Part shown: piece after piece, positions 23,001 through 32,849 of the stretch
Numbering within the stretch: the first letter of the stretch is position 1
Layout: each line of letters opens with the position of its first letter
Source: Candidatus Marinacidobacterales bacterium
Lineage (GTDB): Bacteria; Acidobacteriota; Vicinamibacteria; Marinacidobacterales; SMYC01
Assembly (NCBI GenBank): GCA_965237955.1
Contig: OZ250169.1
Span: 5,824,001-5,888,000 of the forward strand
Length of the DNA: 64,000 nucleotides
Direction of reading: 5' to 3'
Program-made: the position numbers and the translations under genes
Notes under the pieces: generated by a model
Databases searched by the model: none
What the model saw: the letters and a program-made list of their open reading frames with translations, nothing else
Told to the model about the DNA's origin: nothing

Positions 23001-23384
23001 AACACGTACCTGTCCACGTTCCAGACGCTCGGCGGGCTCGGATTGGTGTTGGGAACGTTCGGGCTCGCGGCGGTATTGCTGCGGAACGTTCTCGAGCGTC
23101 GCCGGGAGCTCGCGCTGTTGAGAGCGGTAGGGTATCGACACAAAGACTTTTCCCTCATGATCGCTGCCGAGAACAGCCTGCTATTGCTTCTGGGGCTCGT
23201 GACCGGAGGCGTCGCTGCGGTAGTGGCGATTGCACCGGCTCTTTGGGCGCGAGGCGGCAGTTTCGGGGGCGGCTCGCTCGGCCTCCTGCTGCTCGCCGTC
23301 GTTGTGAGCGGGTTTCTCTCATCCGTCCTTGCCGTGTCGGCAGTGTCGCGAGCACCGCTTCTCTCGAGCCTCAAAGCCGAATGA
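20058..23384 (+). CDS. ABC transporter permease, duplicated FtsX/MacB type
   Basis: Two EQRLREIGTLRAVG / ERRRELALLRAVG modules with large periplasmic domains. Confidence 0.9.
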   Translation: MKLRELVHRNLVYFWRTNLAVFGGVAVAVGVLTGALFVGDSVRGSLRELFLSRLGNTETVIIANNFLREELASDIGADPVRTVPLIAFVGMVTHEPSGRRRADVQVYGVDERFWSFHDVGNRELSGRDALVTSSLRDELGSRGGDVLLLRVERPSAVARGSLHGLKEDNGRTLRLTVRDEAAPELSMYPQQDAVRAVFVPLARLQRDLGQEDKVNKILVGGDLDSAEVRERLRTSAKLSDLGVRVRVLEARGALSVESDALMLSEPIVAAARAEAAARSMASTSIFTYLANTLEVGDSTVPYSLVTALDDKAYTSLLEGERPMSPSLVLNSWAASDLGAERGDSLTMEFYVWRNEGQIETHTADFVVDGVIEMEGWGADRDVAPEFPGISATEDLADWDPPFPIDLRRVRDKDEDYWDEHRTTPKAFIRLARGQRLWPVQQGTLTSFRLESDQPTEDVFDIESGLRARLDPLDMGFSVIPARVEGVAASRGATDFGEYFVYFSYFLVVAALLLTGLFFKLGVEQRLREIGTLRAVGFSVATIRRVFWLEGAALSVAGGIVGIGIALGYAWIVMYGLRTWWVDAVGTRLLTLHVSTTSLVIGLVGGVTVASVSIALTLRHLEKIPPRRLLSGDVGRETSSTVRKTSRRAGVTALVTLALGIALVAAASTDIGIISQVFGFFGAGNLFLVSALLFQWVWLRSDSQRAVAGHFGQGLVAISRLGFRNATYRPGRSLVAIALIAFASFTIVAMDAFRKNDDAIELVRNSGSGGYPLVAESLLPLHWDPNTEEGRDAANLPYPGDPDAVDMRIETFRLRPGDDASCLNLYRPQNPRVLAVSAEFIHESRFRFNASLASTPEEEENPWLLLNESFSDGAVPVIGDANSMTYVLHLGLGDDFLLPRVGETPLRLRLVATLADSIFQGELLMSEDRFLTQFPRVDGFRFLLVDTPEPEAALNLLEQRLSDFGLDVQSTSQKLAGFHRVENTYLSTFQTLGGLGLVLGTFGLAAVLLRNVLERRRELALLRAVGYRHKDFSLMIAAENSLLLLLGLVTGGVAAVVAIAPALWARGGSFGGGSLGLLLLAVVVSGFLSSVLAVSAVSRAPLLSSLKAE

Positions 23385-23550
23385 GTTGACGCTCCTCTCC
23401 GGGGACGCGACAATAACAGAAGGAATCCAGTTCCCACCAAATCCAGCTTCAAAGGACTCCGTTCTGACCGACTCTCACTCTTCCGACATCAGCGCCGAGC
23501 TGAAGGAATCGCTCCTGGAGGCTATCCAGGATTTCTTCGATGAGCGACTG

Positions 23551-23994
23551 ATGCCGCAGCGGAAACCCGGGGCCGCCTCGAAGGTGGAGCGCACTCGGGT
23601 CACGGACCGTCAGCTGCAGCTCGCGACCGCGGTTTTGCTGCTCGAAGTCGCTCGATGTGACTTCGACTTGAGGGCGGACGAGCTCAATGCCGTGTCTCGT
23701 GGCGTGCGTGAGGTTCTCGGGCTGACGGAAGACGAAGCCGTCGCGGTCGTTCGTTTCGCCGAAGAGGAAGTGCGTCAATCGAAACGTCTCTACCAGTTCA
23801 CCGATCTCATCGACAAGAACTACTCGCCCGACCAGAAGAAACTCGTCGTCCAGTACCTGTGGCAGGTCGCGTTCGCGGATGCTCAGCTGGTCGCGACCGA
23901 AGAGTACATCGTGCGCAAGATCGCGGATTTATTGCACGTGTCGCTCGCTGATTTTCTCGACGCCAAAATCAACGCCCGCGATTCCTTTCGCTAG
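23551..23994 (+). CDS. TerB family protein (start uncertain, possibly slightly upstream)
   Basis: [23 protein letters not shown]...[12 protein letters not shown]. Confidence 0.8.
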   Translation: MPQRKPGAASKVERTRVTDRQLQLATAVLLLEVARCDFDLRADELNAVSRGVREVLGLTEDEAVAVVRFAEEEVRQSKRLYQFTDLIDKNYSPDQKKLVVQYLWQVAFADAQLVATEEYIVRKIADLLHVSLADFLDAKINARDSFR

Positions 23995-24055
23995 TCTGAT
24001 TTCGCTTGCGCTCCGGCTAGATTCGCGCGACACTTCGTGGCAACGGAGGGTTTCG

Positions 24056-24706
24056 ATGTTCCTTGCCAACAAGAAGCTGGAGTTCCCGACCCAAGACGAA
24101 GCGCTCCCCGGCCGCACGGAGACGATGGAAGTTCCGGACGCCCATTTCGTCAACGGAAACCCGTTGACGCCCCCGTTTCCGGAAGGCATGCAGAGAGCGC
24201 TCTTCGGCCTCGGCTGCTTCTGGGGCGCCGAGAAGGCGTTTTGGGACCTCGACGGCGTATTCACCACCGCCGTGGGGTACGCGGGTGGCATCACCCCGAA
24301 TTCCACCTACCAGGAAGTGTGCACGGGGAGGACCGGCCACAACGAGGTGGTGCTCGTCGTGTTCGACCCGAAGGTCATCTCGTACGAAGAGCTTTTGAAG
24401 ACGTTTTGGGAAAGCCACGACCCGACACAAGGGATGCGCCAGGGCGGGGATACCGGAACGCAATATCGCTCCGGGATTTATACCTACGGTCCCGACCAGG
24501 CGAAAGCCGCGGAGGCGTCGTTGGAACGCTATCAGGAGAAATTGCGCGAGGCCGACTACGATCCGATTACTACCGAGATTGTGGACGCACCGGAGTTTTA
24601 TTACGCGGAGGAGTACCACCAGCAGTACTTGGAGAAGAATCCGGGAGGGTATTGCGGTTTGGGCGGTACTGGGGTTGCGTGTCCCATGAGCCTCGCTGTG
24701 GAGTAG
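24056..24706 (+). CDS. msrA: Peptide-methionine (S)-S-oxide reductase
   Basis: [40 protein letters not shown]; GGAGG RBS before ATG 24056. Confidence 0.95.
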   Translation: MFLANKKLEFPTQDEALPGRTETMEVPDAHFVNGNPLTPPFPEGMQRALFGLGCFWGAEKAFWDLDGVFTTAVGYAGGITPNSTYQEVCTGRTGHNEVVLVVFDPKVISYEELLKTFWESHDPTQGMRQGGDTGTQYRSGIYTYGPDQAKAAEASLERYQEKLREADYDPITTEIVDAPEFYYAEEYHQQYLEKNPGGYCGLGGTGVACPMSLAVE

Positions 24707-24842
24707 GCCGCAGTACGTAATCAAAGGAGAGCGGCAGCACCGGGATCTTCACGAGTATTTTCGCTTCGCTGATATCCAGACGTGCCTGATCGGTCTTAGC
24801 GCCGAAGCTCTTGGTCCGACGTAACGCGTCCAAGTTTCCCAC

Positions 24843-26156
24843 TCAGTTCCTTTGTTGTGCCGATGATGCTTTTCGAATCAGCTCGGCCACGTCCGTCAGG
24901 CCTTGCTGCTCCGCGTAAGTCCTCAACCGGTTCGATTCTTTCTCATCGATCGTGGCGCCGCGGTCCAACAGGCTTTCGATGAGATCGGAAAAAGCACCCT
25001 CGGCAGCGACGATCAGCGGCGTGCGACCCTTGGCATCTTCGACGTTGACATCGGCGCCCTCGTCCGCGAGCCGTTCGACGAGCCGGGTACGCCCCTCTTC
25101 GGCTGCTTTGAAGAGCGCGCTCGCACCGTGTCCGTCGGTCGCGTCGACGGACGCACCTGATTTCAGAACGAGCTCGACGATCGCTTCGTGCCCACCGTGT
25201 GCGGCGGCGATGAGCGTGGTCGTGCCGTTCTCCGCTTTCGAGTCGACCGACGCGCCCCGCGACAACATCGCTCGGGCGAGCTCGACGTGACCGCCGGTAG
25301 CGGCAAGGATCAGCGCAGTGCGCCCAAGGCGGTCACATTCGTCGATCGCTTGGCCGTGGTCGAGCATGGTTTCGGCAAGATCGACATGTCCGTACATCGC
25401 GCTTCGAAGAAACGGACTGAGCCCGTGACGATCTTTTTGAAGTGCATCGGCCCCGGCGTTCAATAAAAGCTCGACCATCGCGCGATTACCAACCGACGCA
25501 GCCGTCATGAGTCCGGTGCTGCCATCTTCTCGCGCGGCGTTCGCATCAGCGCCGATGTCGAGGAGCCGCTGTGCCAGCTCTCGGTTCCCCGACTCGGCAG
25601 CGAGCATGAGAGACGTCGTTCCATCGGCGTCCTTGAGGTCGACCGGAACCCCGAGCTCCAACAGGGCGGACACGACGTCGTCGTGGCCGTCGACCACCCC
25701 AAGCGTCAAGACGGAATGGCCATCGTCGTTTCGTGCAGCTCTGTCGGCACCGGCTTCGATCAGAAAGCGAACCGCACCGACTTGTCCGTTCTGACTCGCC
25801 ACCATGACGGGCGTATTGGCTTTGCGGTCTTTGGCGTTGATGTCTCCACCTCGAGCCAAAAGCCGCTCCAAGACTTCGGTGTGTCCGGCGAAAGCGGCGG
25901 CACCGACCGGTGTCACCCCGAGCGGGTTCCGTGTGTTCGGCTGCGCGTCGGCGTCGAGAAGAAAATCGACGACCGCCGTGTGACCTTCTTGCGCCGCGAG
26001 CATGAGAGCGGTCGCGCCTTGTCGGCCCCGCTCCTCCACGAAACCACCTTCGTCGAGTCGCTTTTTCACCGCGGCCAGCTCACCCGCATAGGAAGCCTCG
26101 TGGAGGGTTGGCTCGCGCGAGCCACGCTTGAAAAACCTCAGAATCAGCACACACAT
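24843..26156 (-). CDS. Ankyrin repeat protein (~12 repeats)
   Basis: Repeated G.T.L..AA..GH...V..LL..GA.VN units. Confidence 0.92.
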   Translation of the reverse strand: MCVLILRFFKRGSREPTLHEASYAGELAAVKKRLDEGGFVEERGRQGATALMLAAQEGHTAVVDFLLDADAQPNTRNPLGVTPVGAAAFAGHTEVLERLLARGGDINAKDRKANTPVMVASQNGQVGAVRFLIEAGADRAARNDDGHSVLTLGVVDGHDDVVSALLELGVPVDLKDADGTTSLMLAAESGNRELAQRLLDIGADANAAREDGSTGLMTAASVGNRAMVELLLNAGADALQKDRHGLSPFLRSAMYGHVDLAETMLDHGQAIDECDRLGRTALILAATGGHVELARAMLSRGASVDSKAENGTTTLIAAAHGGHEAIVELVLKSGASVDATDGHGASALFKAAEEGRTRLVERLADEGADVNVEDAKGRTPLIVAAEGAFSDLIESLLDRGATIDEKESNRLRTYAEQQGLTDVAELIRKASSAQQRN

Positions 26157-26177
26157 GGAATTGTTCGCGCTCCGAGT

Positions 26178-27620
26178 TTATCGCGAACGCCCTCGCGGCG
26201 TCTCCTTGAAGTGTTCCTTCCGCAGACCATGGCGCTTCATCATTCCGTAGAGCGTGCGTTCGTTCAGCCCGGCGAGGCGCGCGCTCTCACCGACGCGGCC
26301 TTTGGTCGCATCGAGGATGTGTTCGAGATAGTCGTGCTCGAACGCATGAAGAACCTCGACCCGCGCGGCAGAGAACGGCTTTCCCAGAAGCGACTGCCAT
26401 GCGGACGCGGCTCCGCTCTTGGAAGGAGTCGACTCGGTGTCGTCGAGCGTCCAGCTTTCGCCGCCGCGCAAATCGGCGATACGAATCTCGGATCGCGGTG
26501 CGAGCAAGACAGCCCGTTCGATGACGTTGATGAGCTCGCGGACGTTCCCCGGCCACTGGTGGCGCAGCATGGCCTGCATCGCGTCCGGCCGGAAACCGAC
26601 GACATGACGTCCGAGTTGGCGCCGACTTCGTTCGAGAAACGCGTGGGCGAGATCCGGAAGATCTTCGAGCCGCTCACGGAGCGGCGGCACCGTGAGCGTG
26701 ACCACGGCGAGACGATAGTAGAGGTCCGCGCGGAACGTCTTTTCGTCGACTTCGCGTTTCACTTCGCGGTTGGTTGCGGCCATGATGCGAACGTCGATCT
26801 CGATCGGCTTTTCGCTGCCGACGCGCCGGACGCGCCGGTCTTCGAGTACCTGCAGAAGCTTCACTTGAAGGTGGAGCGGCATCTCTCCGATCTCGTCGAG
26901 GAAAATAGTTCCGTGGTGAGCGAGCTCGAAGTAGCCGCGCCGCGCTCTCGTGGCGCCGGTAAACGCTCCCTCCTCGTGTCCGAAGAGCTCGCTCTCGAGG
27001 AGCGTTTCCGGAAGCGCGCCACAGTTCACGATGATGAACGGACCGCCGCTACGCCCGCTCTCTGAATGGATCGAACGCGCGAGGCGTTCTTTGCCGACGC
27101 CGGTCTCGCCGAGGATCAAAAGCGCGCTGTCGCCTTTTACGACGCGCCGCGCCATTTGAAGAAAGCGTTGCATCGTGGGACTCGCGGAGATGAAGTCGTC
27201 GAGCGTGGAGCGTTTCTCCGCGCGCTCTGCGCCGAGGCGCTCCAGCACCTCGTCGCCTTGGCGGCGGGCGAGCGAGATCAAAGCATCACCGAGGACCGCG
27301 TCGTCGAGCCCCAGCCACAGAACTGCCAGAGCGCCGGAAGCGAGAAGCTCGGCGCGTTGGTTCGCCTGGTCCTCGCGAGCGAGGACGATGACGCCGGGGT
27401 GTTCCGGGAGCGCTTGGAGGGAGCCGAGGAACTCTCTTGGCGATGCCGGCAAAAGGCTGCGATCGACTATCAAGAGATCGAAATCCTCTCGCGTCAGCTT
27501 CTCCCAGAGGTCGTCGAGGCCGCGCGCGCTGACGGAGGCAACTGCACCGTGGCGCAGGAGCCCGTCGAGACGGTCAGACGTAGGCTCGTCATCCGTTGCA
27601 ATCAAAACTCGGGTCAGCAT
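26178..27620 (-). CDS. Sigma54-dependent response regulator (NtrC/AtoC family)
   Basis: REC domain, GETGVGKE, ESELFGHEEGAFTGA, WPGNVREL, C-terminal HTH. Confidence 0.93.
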   Translation of the reverse strand: MLTRVLIATDDEPTSDRLDGLLRHGAVASVSARGLDDLWEKLTREDFDLLIVDRSLLPASPREFLGSLQALPEHPGVIVLAREDQANQRAELLASGALAVLWLGLDDAVLGDALISLARRQGDEVLERLGAERAEKRSTLDDFISASPTMQRFLQMARRVVKGDSALLILGETGVGKERLARSIHSESGRSGGPFIIVNCGALPETLLESELFGHEEGAFTGATRARRGYFELAHHGTIFLDEIGEMPLHLQVKLLQVLEDRRVRRVGSEKPIEIDVRIMAATNREVKREVDEKTFRADLYYRLAVVTLTVPPLRERLEDLPDLAHAFLERSRRQLGRHVVGFRPDAMQAMLRHQWPGNVRELINVIERAVLLAPRSEIRIADLRGGESWTLDDTESTPSKSGAASAWQSLLGKPFSAARVEVLHAFEHDYLEHILDATKGRVGESARLAGLNERTLYGMMKRHGLRKEHFKETPRGRSR

Positions 27621-27652
27621 TGCTGATTTACGCCTGGGAGCATTGATTCAGC

Positions 27653-27681
27653 AATATATACCTGATTAAAGCAGGTGTCAA
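27653..27681 (-). promoter_or_regulatory. Sigma70-like promoter of the sigma54 activator gene
   Basis: Minus strand TTGACA-17 bp-TATATT, 32 bp upstream of the ATG; spacer holds the palindrome ACCTG-N7-CAGGT. Confidence 0.7.
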
Positions 27682-27720
27682 ATACCGATCCTGGCGGTTG
27701 CGTTCTAGCGATGCTAATAG

Positions 27721-27733
27721 AATCAGTTACTTA
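27721..27733 (+). promoter_or_regulatory. Putative IHF binding site
   Basis: AATCAGTTACTTA, one mismatch to WATCAANNNNTTR, just upstream of a sigma54 promoter. Confidence 0.55.
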
Positions 27734-27746
27734 CGAGGACAGCGCC

Positions 27747-27761
27747 TGGCACCTTTCTTGC
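27747..27761 (+). promoter_or_regulatory. Sigma54 (-24/-12) promoter
   Basis: TGGCAC-CTTTC-TTGC, divergent from a GAFTGA activator, followed by AGGAGGAG RBS. Confidence 0.8.
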
Positions 27762-27791
27762 CTATAGGGGGGTAGCAGGAGGAGCGTAATT

Positions 27792-28112
27792 ATGAAGCTA
27801 CGCACACACCGAGGCGACGAGTTCCAGCCGCAAATGACCGACGAGCGCAAGCCCCTACGCCCGGTCTACGTGACGCTGACCCGGCGACCCATCAAAGTCA
27901 CCAAGCCGATGTCCTTGGGCGGCGAAACGTTGCCCGTCCGCCGAACCCGGCTAGCCGTCCCGCAGCCGCTCCCAGCGCGGCCTGCGGCTGCGACCACAAG
28001 GGATGGCCACAGAGTCACAGCGCGGCGGAGCCGCGCTGTGCTAACCCATAGAAGCTTCCATTTCTTGCAAGAAATTGGGCGGCGGTGGTCGGATCAGCCA
28101 GACGGTAAATGA
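27792..28112 (+). CDS. Small basic hypothetical protein (3' part may be read-through into repeats)
   Basis: Strong RBS and sigma54 promoter upstream; no recognisable family. Confidence 0.45.
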   Translation: MKLRTHRGDEFQPQMTDERKPLRPVYVTLTRRPIKVTKPMSLGGETLPVRRTRLAVPQPLPARPAAATTRDGHRVTARRSRAVLTHRSFHFLQEIGRRWSDQPDGK

Positions 28113-28269
28113 GTTAGCAGAGGACACGGCGGCGAGGATTTTGGACGGTCCGTACTGAGAATGGGATCGAGGCGCCAAGCGGCGAGTTCCACAGAGCTGA
28201 TGGCTGATGGCCCGCGGCGGCCAATTGGTTGCGGCTCCGCCGCGCTGTGTCTTGGTGTCTCTGTGGCCA
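28004..28269. repeat. Inverted pair of REP-like elements
   Basis: TGGCCACAGAGTCACAGCGCGGCGGAGCCGC (28004-28034) and inverted TGGCCACAGAGACACCAAGACACAGCGCGGCGGAGCCGC (28231-28269). Confidence 0.65.
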
Positions 28270-28498
28270 AACGTTTTTCCAGCTTTATGGAGCGAAGAAA
28301 GACTGTCACGTGGGCGACAACCCAAATGGGCTACCGGAATCACAAATCGGGCCACGGGCGTCGTCACTTAATTGGTGTCGTATCAGCGAGTTCCGGCAGT
28401 TGAACGCCGCGTTGCCGTGAGGTGACATTTGCGGGGCGACTCGTCAAAGCGAAAACTTCGTAGTTGTACCCCAAATGGGGTGTGGCGGATTTCCGGTC

Positions 28499-29523
28499 CT
28501 ATGGATTCACTTGCGGGATCGCCTCGAGCATGCGGCGCACGAGCGTAGCTTGACGGTGGGTTCCGGTCTTTCGCTGGATCTTCTTCAAGTGAAGCCGCAC
28601 GGTATGGACGCTGATGTCGAGATGAGCGGCGATCTCGTCGACCTTGTGACCGACCGCGAAAAGTGATCCTACCCGGGCTTCAGCCGGCGTCAGGTCGAAG
28701 GCGTCGATCAAGAGCTCTGGTGCCAGGGAGCGCTCCTGACGCTCGCGCGCAATGTACGCGACGGCGCGATCGCGGCCGAGTCCGCGGAGCCAAAGCGTCG
28801 CTCCGGAGGCGAGCGGTTGGCCACACAAGGATCGCTTTTGGCCGGACGTTGCGCTTTTGAGATTCTGCTGGAACGTCTGGTTGACGTTGCAGTTCGGGGC
28901 GCACAGTTTGCCGTTTTCGTAGACGAGCCCACACTGTCCATCGAGGTAGTCGAGCGCGGCTTGATTCGCGTACAGCACGGTGGCGTTGGTGTCGAGAAGC
29001 ACCATCCCGGTGGAGAGCTCATCCAGGCACGTGGTGAGATTGTCGTGCTCCCGTTGGAACGCTTCAGCTGGAAATGGAGCACCAAGGCACGATGGAGGTG
29101 CGGCAGCACAGCGCGGAGCAGAGCCCGGTCATCGGCATCGAGTGAGCGCGTCTCGTCGGCGAAAACCTGAACCCCCGTTGGCGCGGCGCCGTAGGGCTGG
29201 AGTTGCGACCAATCCTCCACGATCTCGCCGGAAACGTAGGCGATGGCGAAGCTGCGTTTGGAAAGAGCTTTGTTTTCGAAAACTCGACTCGGGTTGATGG
29301 TGTCGAATCTGCTCCCCGGCGCATCCAAACACACGTAGCGCGTCGGTCCGAAGCCGTGGATGACGAGGTTCGAAGCGCGATGCCCGACACTCGCGGCGAG
29401 CGCGTCGAACCAAAACGGCCAGCGGGACGGCTCGGCTGCGGCCTCGTACAGGAGCCCGATGAGCTCGGACGGCGGAAAGGCGGAGGTTTGGCTCGGCTGA
29501 AATTGCGGGTCCAAGGTGCTCAC
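28499..29523 (-). pseudogene. PAS/LuxR-type HTH regulator, frameshifted near 29040
   Basis: N-part LIGLLYEAAAEPSRW...LPHLHRAL; C-part FDLTPAEARV...ISVHTVRLHLKKI..KTGTHRQ in another frame. Confidence 0.75.
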
Positions 29524-29589
29524 GTCGGTACCCTCCTCGGAGGATAAGACGGGACTCAGCGCCGAGATTCTACCGACAAAATGTAACGT

Positions 29590-31611
29590 CTAGTTGAAGA
29601 CCCTCAACTCGATGCCGCCGTGCACCGTTCTCGGTGGGCCGAGAAGGGGGAGCGGATCGGCGCGAACTGCGTACTCCTCATCGAGGAGATTCTCGATCGC
29701 GACGTAGATTTGCAGTTTGGGCGCCACGGGGACGCGCACGGATAAATCGAAGAGGGCATAGCTTGGCAGCACGATGTCGTTGAGATCGTCTTCGAACGCA
29801 TCCCCGACGAGGCGAAGATCGGCGGTGAACTGCAAGCGACCGTCGTAGCCGATACCGAAGGGACCGTCGAAGCCGAAGGGACCGTCGTAGCCGATACCGA
29901 GGTTCGCTTGGTTCTTCGCAACCTGCGGAAGGCGAAGGTCCGTGTCGTCGTTAATGGCGTTCGAAAACAGGTAGCTGGCGCGGGCCGTCCACACGCGCGC
30001 GAAATTGTAGTTCACAGCGGCTTCGAACCCGGCGACGGTTGCGTTTCCGATGTTTTGACGTTGGCGAAGAATCGTTCCCACGGGATTGCCGGCGCAGTCC
30101 GCGCCGCCCACCGGGTCCGGTCCGACGCAGAGCGTGCGGTTCGCCACCGCGTCGAGGAGCCTGTTGTAGAACGCGTTTAGCCGGACGAGCAGGTCGCGGG
30201 TAGGGTAGAAATCGACGCCGATCTCGCCGCCCCACAGGTACTCTGCGATGAGCCCGTCGTTGGCGGTGGTGACGACGTTTCCGACGCGGAACGGCCGGTA
30301 GAGCTCGTTCAACGACGGAGCCCGGAAACCTCGATAGACCGAGGTCCTGACCGTAGCGTTGTCGGTGGCGCGGAACGTCAGGCCCGCGCGGTGGTTGAAC
30401 GTCCCCTTGGTGGTCGTGGTCTGATACAGGTCGAATCGTCCGCCGACGAGGAGATCGATCCGATCGCCAAACGTGAATACATATTGCGCGAACGTGCCGG
30501 CAAAATTCTGGGTCTCGTTGTTGCCGTCTATGTCGTCGTCCGGATCCCAGCTCACATACCGCCAGTCGAGCCCCCACTGGATGCCGATCGGCGTCCGCAT
30601 CGAGAACGAGCTGCCGAAGCCGACGGATGGAAAACGGGTCTCACCGAACGAGATTTCTCGATCGCGTCCAGGCAGGACGCGAGAGAACGTGCTCGCGAGC
30701 TCCTGCTTCTGCCCGTAGAAATTGAAGCTCCATGTGTCGGTGTCGTATCCGGTCTCGACGAGAAGGATCTGCGAGTCGTTCCTTTGTGCCTGCGTGCCGT
30801 TGTTACGCTTCTCGTCGTAGATGTTCACGCCGACGTGGAAATCGCGATACTCGAGACGCCCGAGGAACGTCTGAAACTTCGTCTTCATCGGCTCGTCGAC
30901 GTAGCCGCGGAGCGGCTCTCCCTCGTCGTTGGTTTCCGCCACGGGGATGTACCCGTCGGTGTCGAACACGCGACCCGACGCGATCCACGCCCAGTCGCCG
31001 CTGCGATGGGACGCGAAGATATCGGCATCGTAGGTACCCCGGTTGCCGATCTGGAGGCGAGCGTCGAGAGTACGTTCTTCCGGCGGACGCGGGATGAGCT
31101 GGATCGTGCCACCCAGTGCCGAGCTGCCGTAGAGTTGGCTGGTCGCACCTCGCGCGATCTCGGCGGAGCGGTTGGATGTCGCCGGTAGCCGGTTCCAATA
31201 GACCCAGTTACCGAACGGGTCGTTCAGGGGGATGCCGTTCCACAGAACGAGGCTCCGGCTCGCCCCGCTCGGGCCGATGCCGCGTAGCGACACTCCCTGC
31301 GTCGTCGGATGGGAGTAGAGGCTCGACGAGCGACGGAACAAGCTGAAGCCGGGCACCCGGCGCAGCGTGTCGTCGATGACGAGGGCGGGCGAGCGCTCGA
31401 GGGCTTCCGCGGTGAACGCGGTTACCAGCGAGGAGGCGTCGATGAGCTCCTGCGGTTCGTTGGCCGCGGTGACGACAACGGTCTCCTGGTAGGTGAGAGG
31501 CTCCTGCTCCTCGGCCTGGGATTCGGTGTCGTCCTGCGGTTTCTGCTCTTCTTGGTCCTGGTCAGCGGTAACCGCCGCGAGCGCGGCGGAGAGAAGAAAG
31601 ATCTTGAGCAT
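29590..31611 (-). CDS. TonB-dependent receptor
   Basis: Signal peptide, ETVVVTA TonB box, plug LRRVPGF...SLRGIG..GASRSLVL, C-terminal ENLLDEEY. Confidence 0.9.
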   Translation of the reverse strand: MLKIFLLSAALAAVTADQDQEEQKPQDDTESQAEEQEPLTYQETVVVTAANEPQELIDASSLVTAFTAEALERSPALVIDDTLRRVPGFSLFRRSSSLYSHPTTQGVSLRGIGPSGASRSLVLWNGIPLNDPFGNWVYWNRLPATSNRSAEIARGATSQLYGSSALGGTIQLIPRPPEERTLDARLQIGNRGTYDADIFASHRSGDWAWIASGRVFDTDGYIPVAETNDEGEPLRGYVDEPMKTKFQTFLGRLEYRDFHVGVNIYDEKRNNGTQAQRNDSQILLVETGYDTDTWSFNFYGQKQELASTFSRVLPGRDREISFGETRFPSVGFGSSFSMRTPIGIQWGLDWRYVSWDPDDDIDGNNETQNFAGTFAQYVFTFGDRIDLLVGGRFDLYQTTTTKGTFNHRAGLTFRATDNATVRTSVYRGFRAPSLNELYRPFRVGNVVTTANDGLIAEYLWGGEIGVDFYPTRDLLVRLNAFYNRLLDAVANRTLCVGPDPVGGADCAGNPVGTILRQRQNIGNATVAGFEAAVNYNFARVWTARASYLFSNAINDDTDLRLPQVAKNQANLGIGYDGPFGFDGPFGIGYDGRLQFTADLRLVGDAFEDDLNDIVLPSYALFDLSVRVPVAPKLQIYVAIENLLDEEYAVRADPLPLLGPPRTVHGGIELRVFN

Positions 31612-31674
31612 AGCTCGCTTCTACCCTACGTGTTGGAGGCCCCTTCATGGACGGGAGAATAGCACAAGCGTGAA

Positions 31675-31695
31675 GCGGCGGGCTGAGCCCGCCGC
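31675..31695. repeat. Perfect GC-rich palindrome (REP-like or regulatory hairpin)
   Basis: GCGGCGGGC-TGA-GCCCGCCGC between the RAYT-like gene and the TonB receptor. Confidence 0.5.
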
Positions 31696-31923
31696 GGGGC
31701 TGGCCAAAGCAACGTGCCATGTTCTTACTCGTGAGGAAAACGAAGAATCGTCGAATTTCGGTGTTGGTTTGAGCTTAGCGGGCGGATTAGAGGAACGTGC
31801 AGCGGTGCCGACGAGGGGAGATCGACTCAGAACGTCATTCTTTGTCGACAATTCTGGAGTGCGGGCAAACGGGGGGGTGTTGCTAGACGACCAAAAATGA
31901 TGAGGTGCCGCGATAAAACCTTG

Positions 31924-32849
31924 TTACGTAGGCGCCCGGCTTTCCACATACGGGAGTCGTGGAGGAAAGCATCCCTCGGGAAAGCGCACGTCAGTCTCAC
32001 CCCTCTTCAAACGTTCGGCTGCAGCGCGATAGTCGGCCACTTTGGCTCGGCGCGCGTTGTACATCGTCCAAAACTCGTCCCGGTTCGCGGCGTGAAATTT
32101 CGGCGCGGGGGAGGCTTTGAATTCCTTCGGTTTGTCGTGGGGTTTCTGGCGTTGAATGGCTCGAGCCCCTAAAGGCTTCGTGCCGTTTTCGCTGTTTTTT
32201 TGTGCAGTCTCCTGTTCGACCTGCCGGACAGCTTCGGTCACGAACTCTCGCTGCTCGTCCAAGCTTCGTTCCTTGAGAAAAGGAAGCGGGCTCAGATGGA
32301 CGGTTTCGGTGGAAGGAAAAAGCTTGTACTCCCCGCGATTGAGTGCCCGGTACTGCGCGGTGCGGTCATACCAGGTGCCCTGCATCGTCGTTTCCCCGCG
32401 GTAGAGGGCCCCAGCGGTGCTGACACCCGGCCAATCAAGCGGCGAGGCGACGAGTCCTTCTTTGCAGCCGTTCGAGAGGAGGTACAGGAATCTCGCAATC
32501 TGTTCTTCCTCATTATCGCTGATCGATGCGGAATGATAGCGTCGCCCCCAAAAGTTCTCTCTCCAGTCGTAAAGTGCCCCCAGTTCCTTAGCCACGTTGC
32601 CCTTGAAAAACCCTACGAAGCGGGACATTTGCTTGACGGAGCACACCGACATGATCATGTGGAAGTGGTTGCTGAGAATGATGAATGCATGCAAGTAGAC
32701 GCCGTACTTTGCTTGAGCCCGCCCGAGCGCGCCAAGAATGAGATCGTTGGAGCGCGCCGAGGGGCGGAGTAGATAAGACCGTGCTGGGTCCGTGACGTAA
32801 TTTCTACCAGGCCACTCTCGTTGTCGAGCATACGTGGGTCCCGTGCCAT
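31924..32849 (-). mobile_element. Y1 HUH transposase (RAYT/IS200-like), frameshifted near 32775
   Basis: MARDPR...EITSRT, then LLRPS...HAFIILSNHFHMI (HUH), FWGRRY, YLLSN.CKEGLV..P.DWP. Confidence 0.8.

Noticed and set aside
24056-24706. MsrA as a fourth selenoprotein
   Set aside because: The active site is TGC (GCFWG) with no in-frame TGA
31612-31920. Cobalamin riboswitch upstream of the TonB receptor
   Set aside because: No B12-box or GGGAA/GCCACTG core motifs recognised
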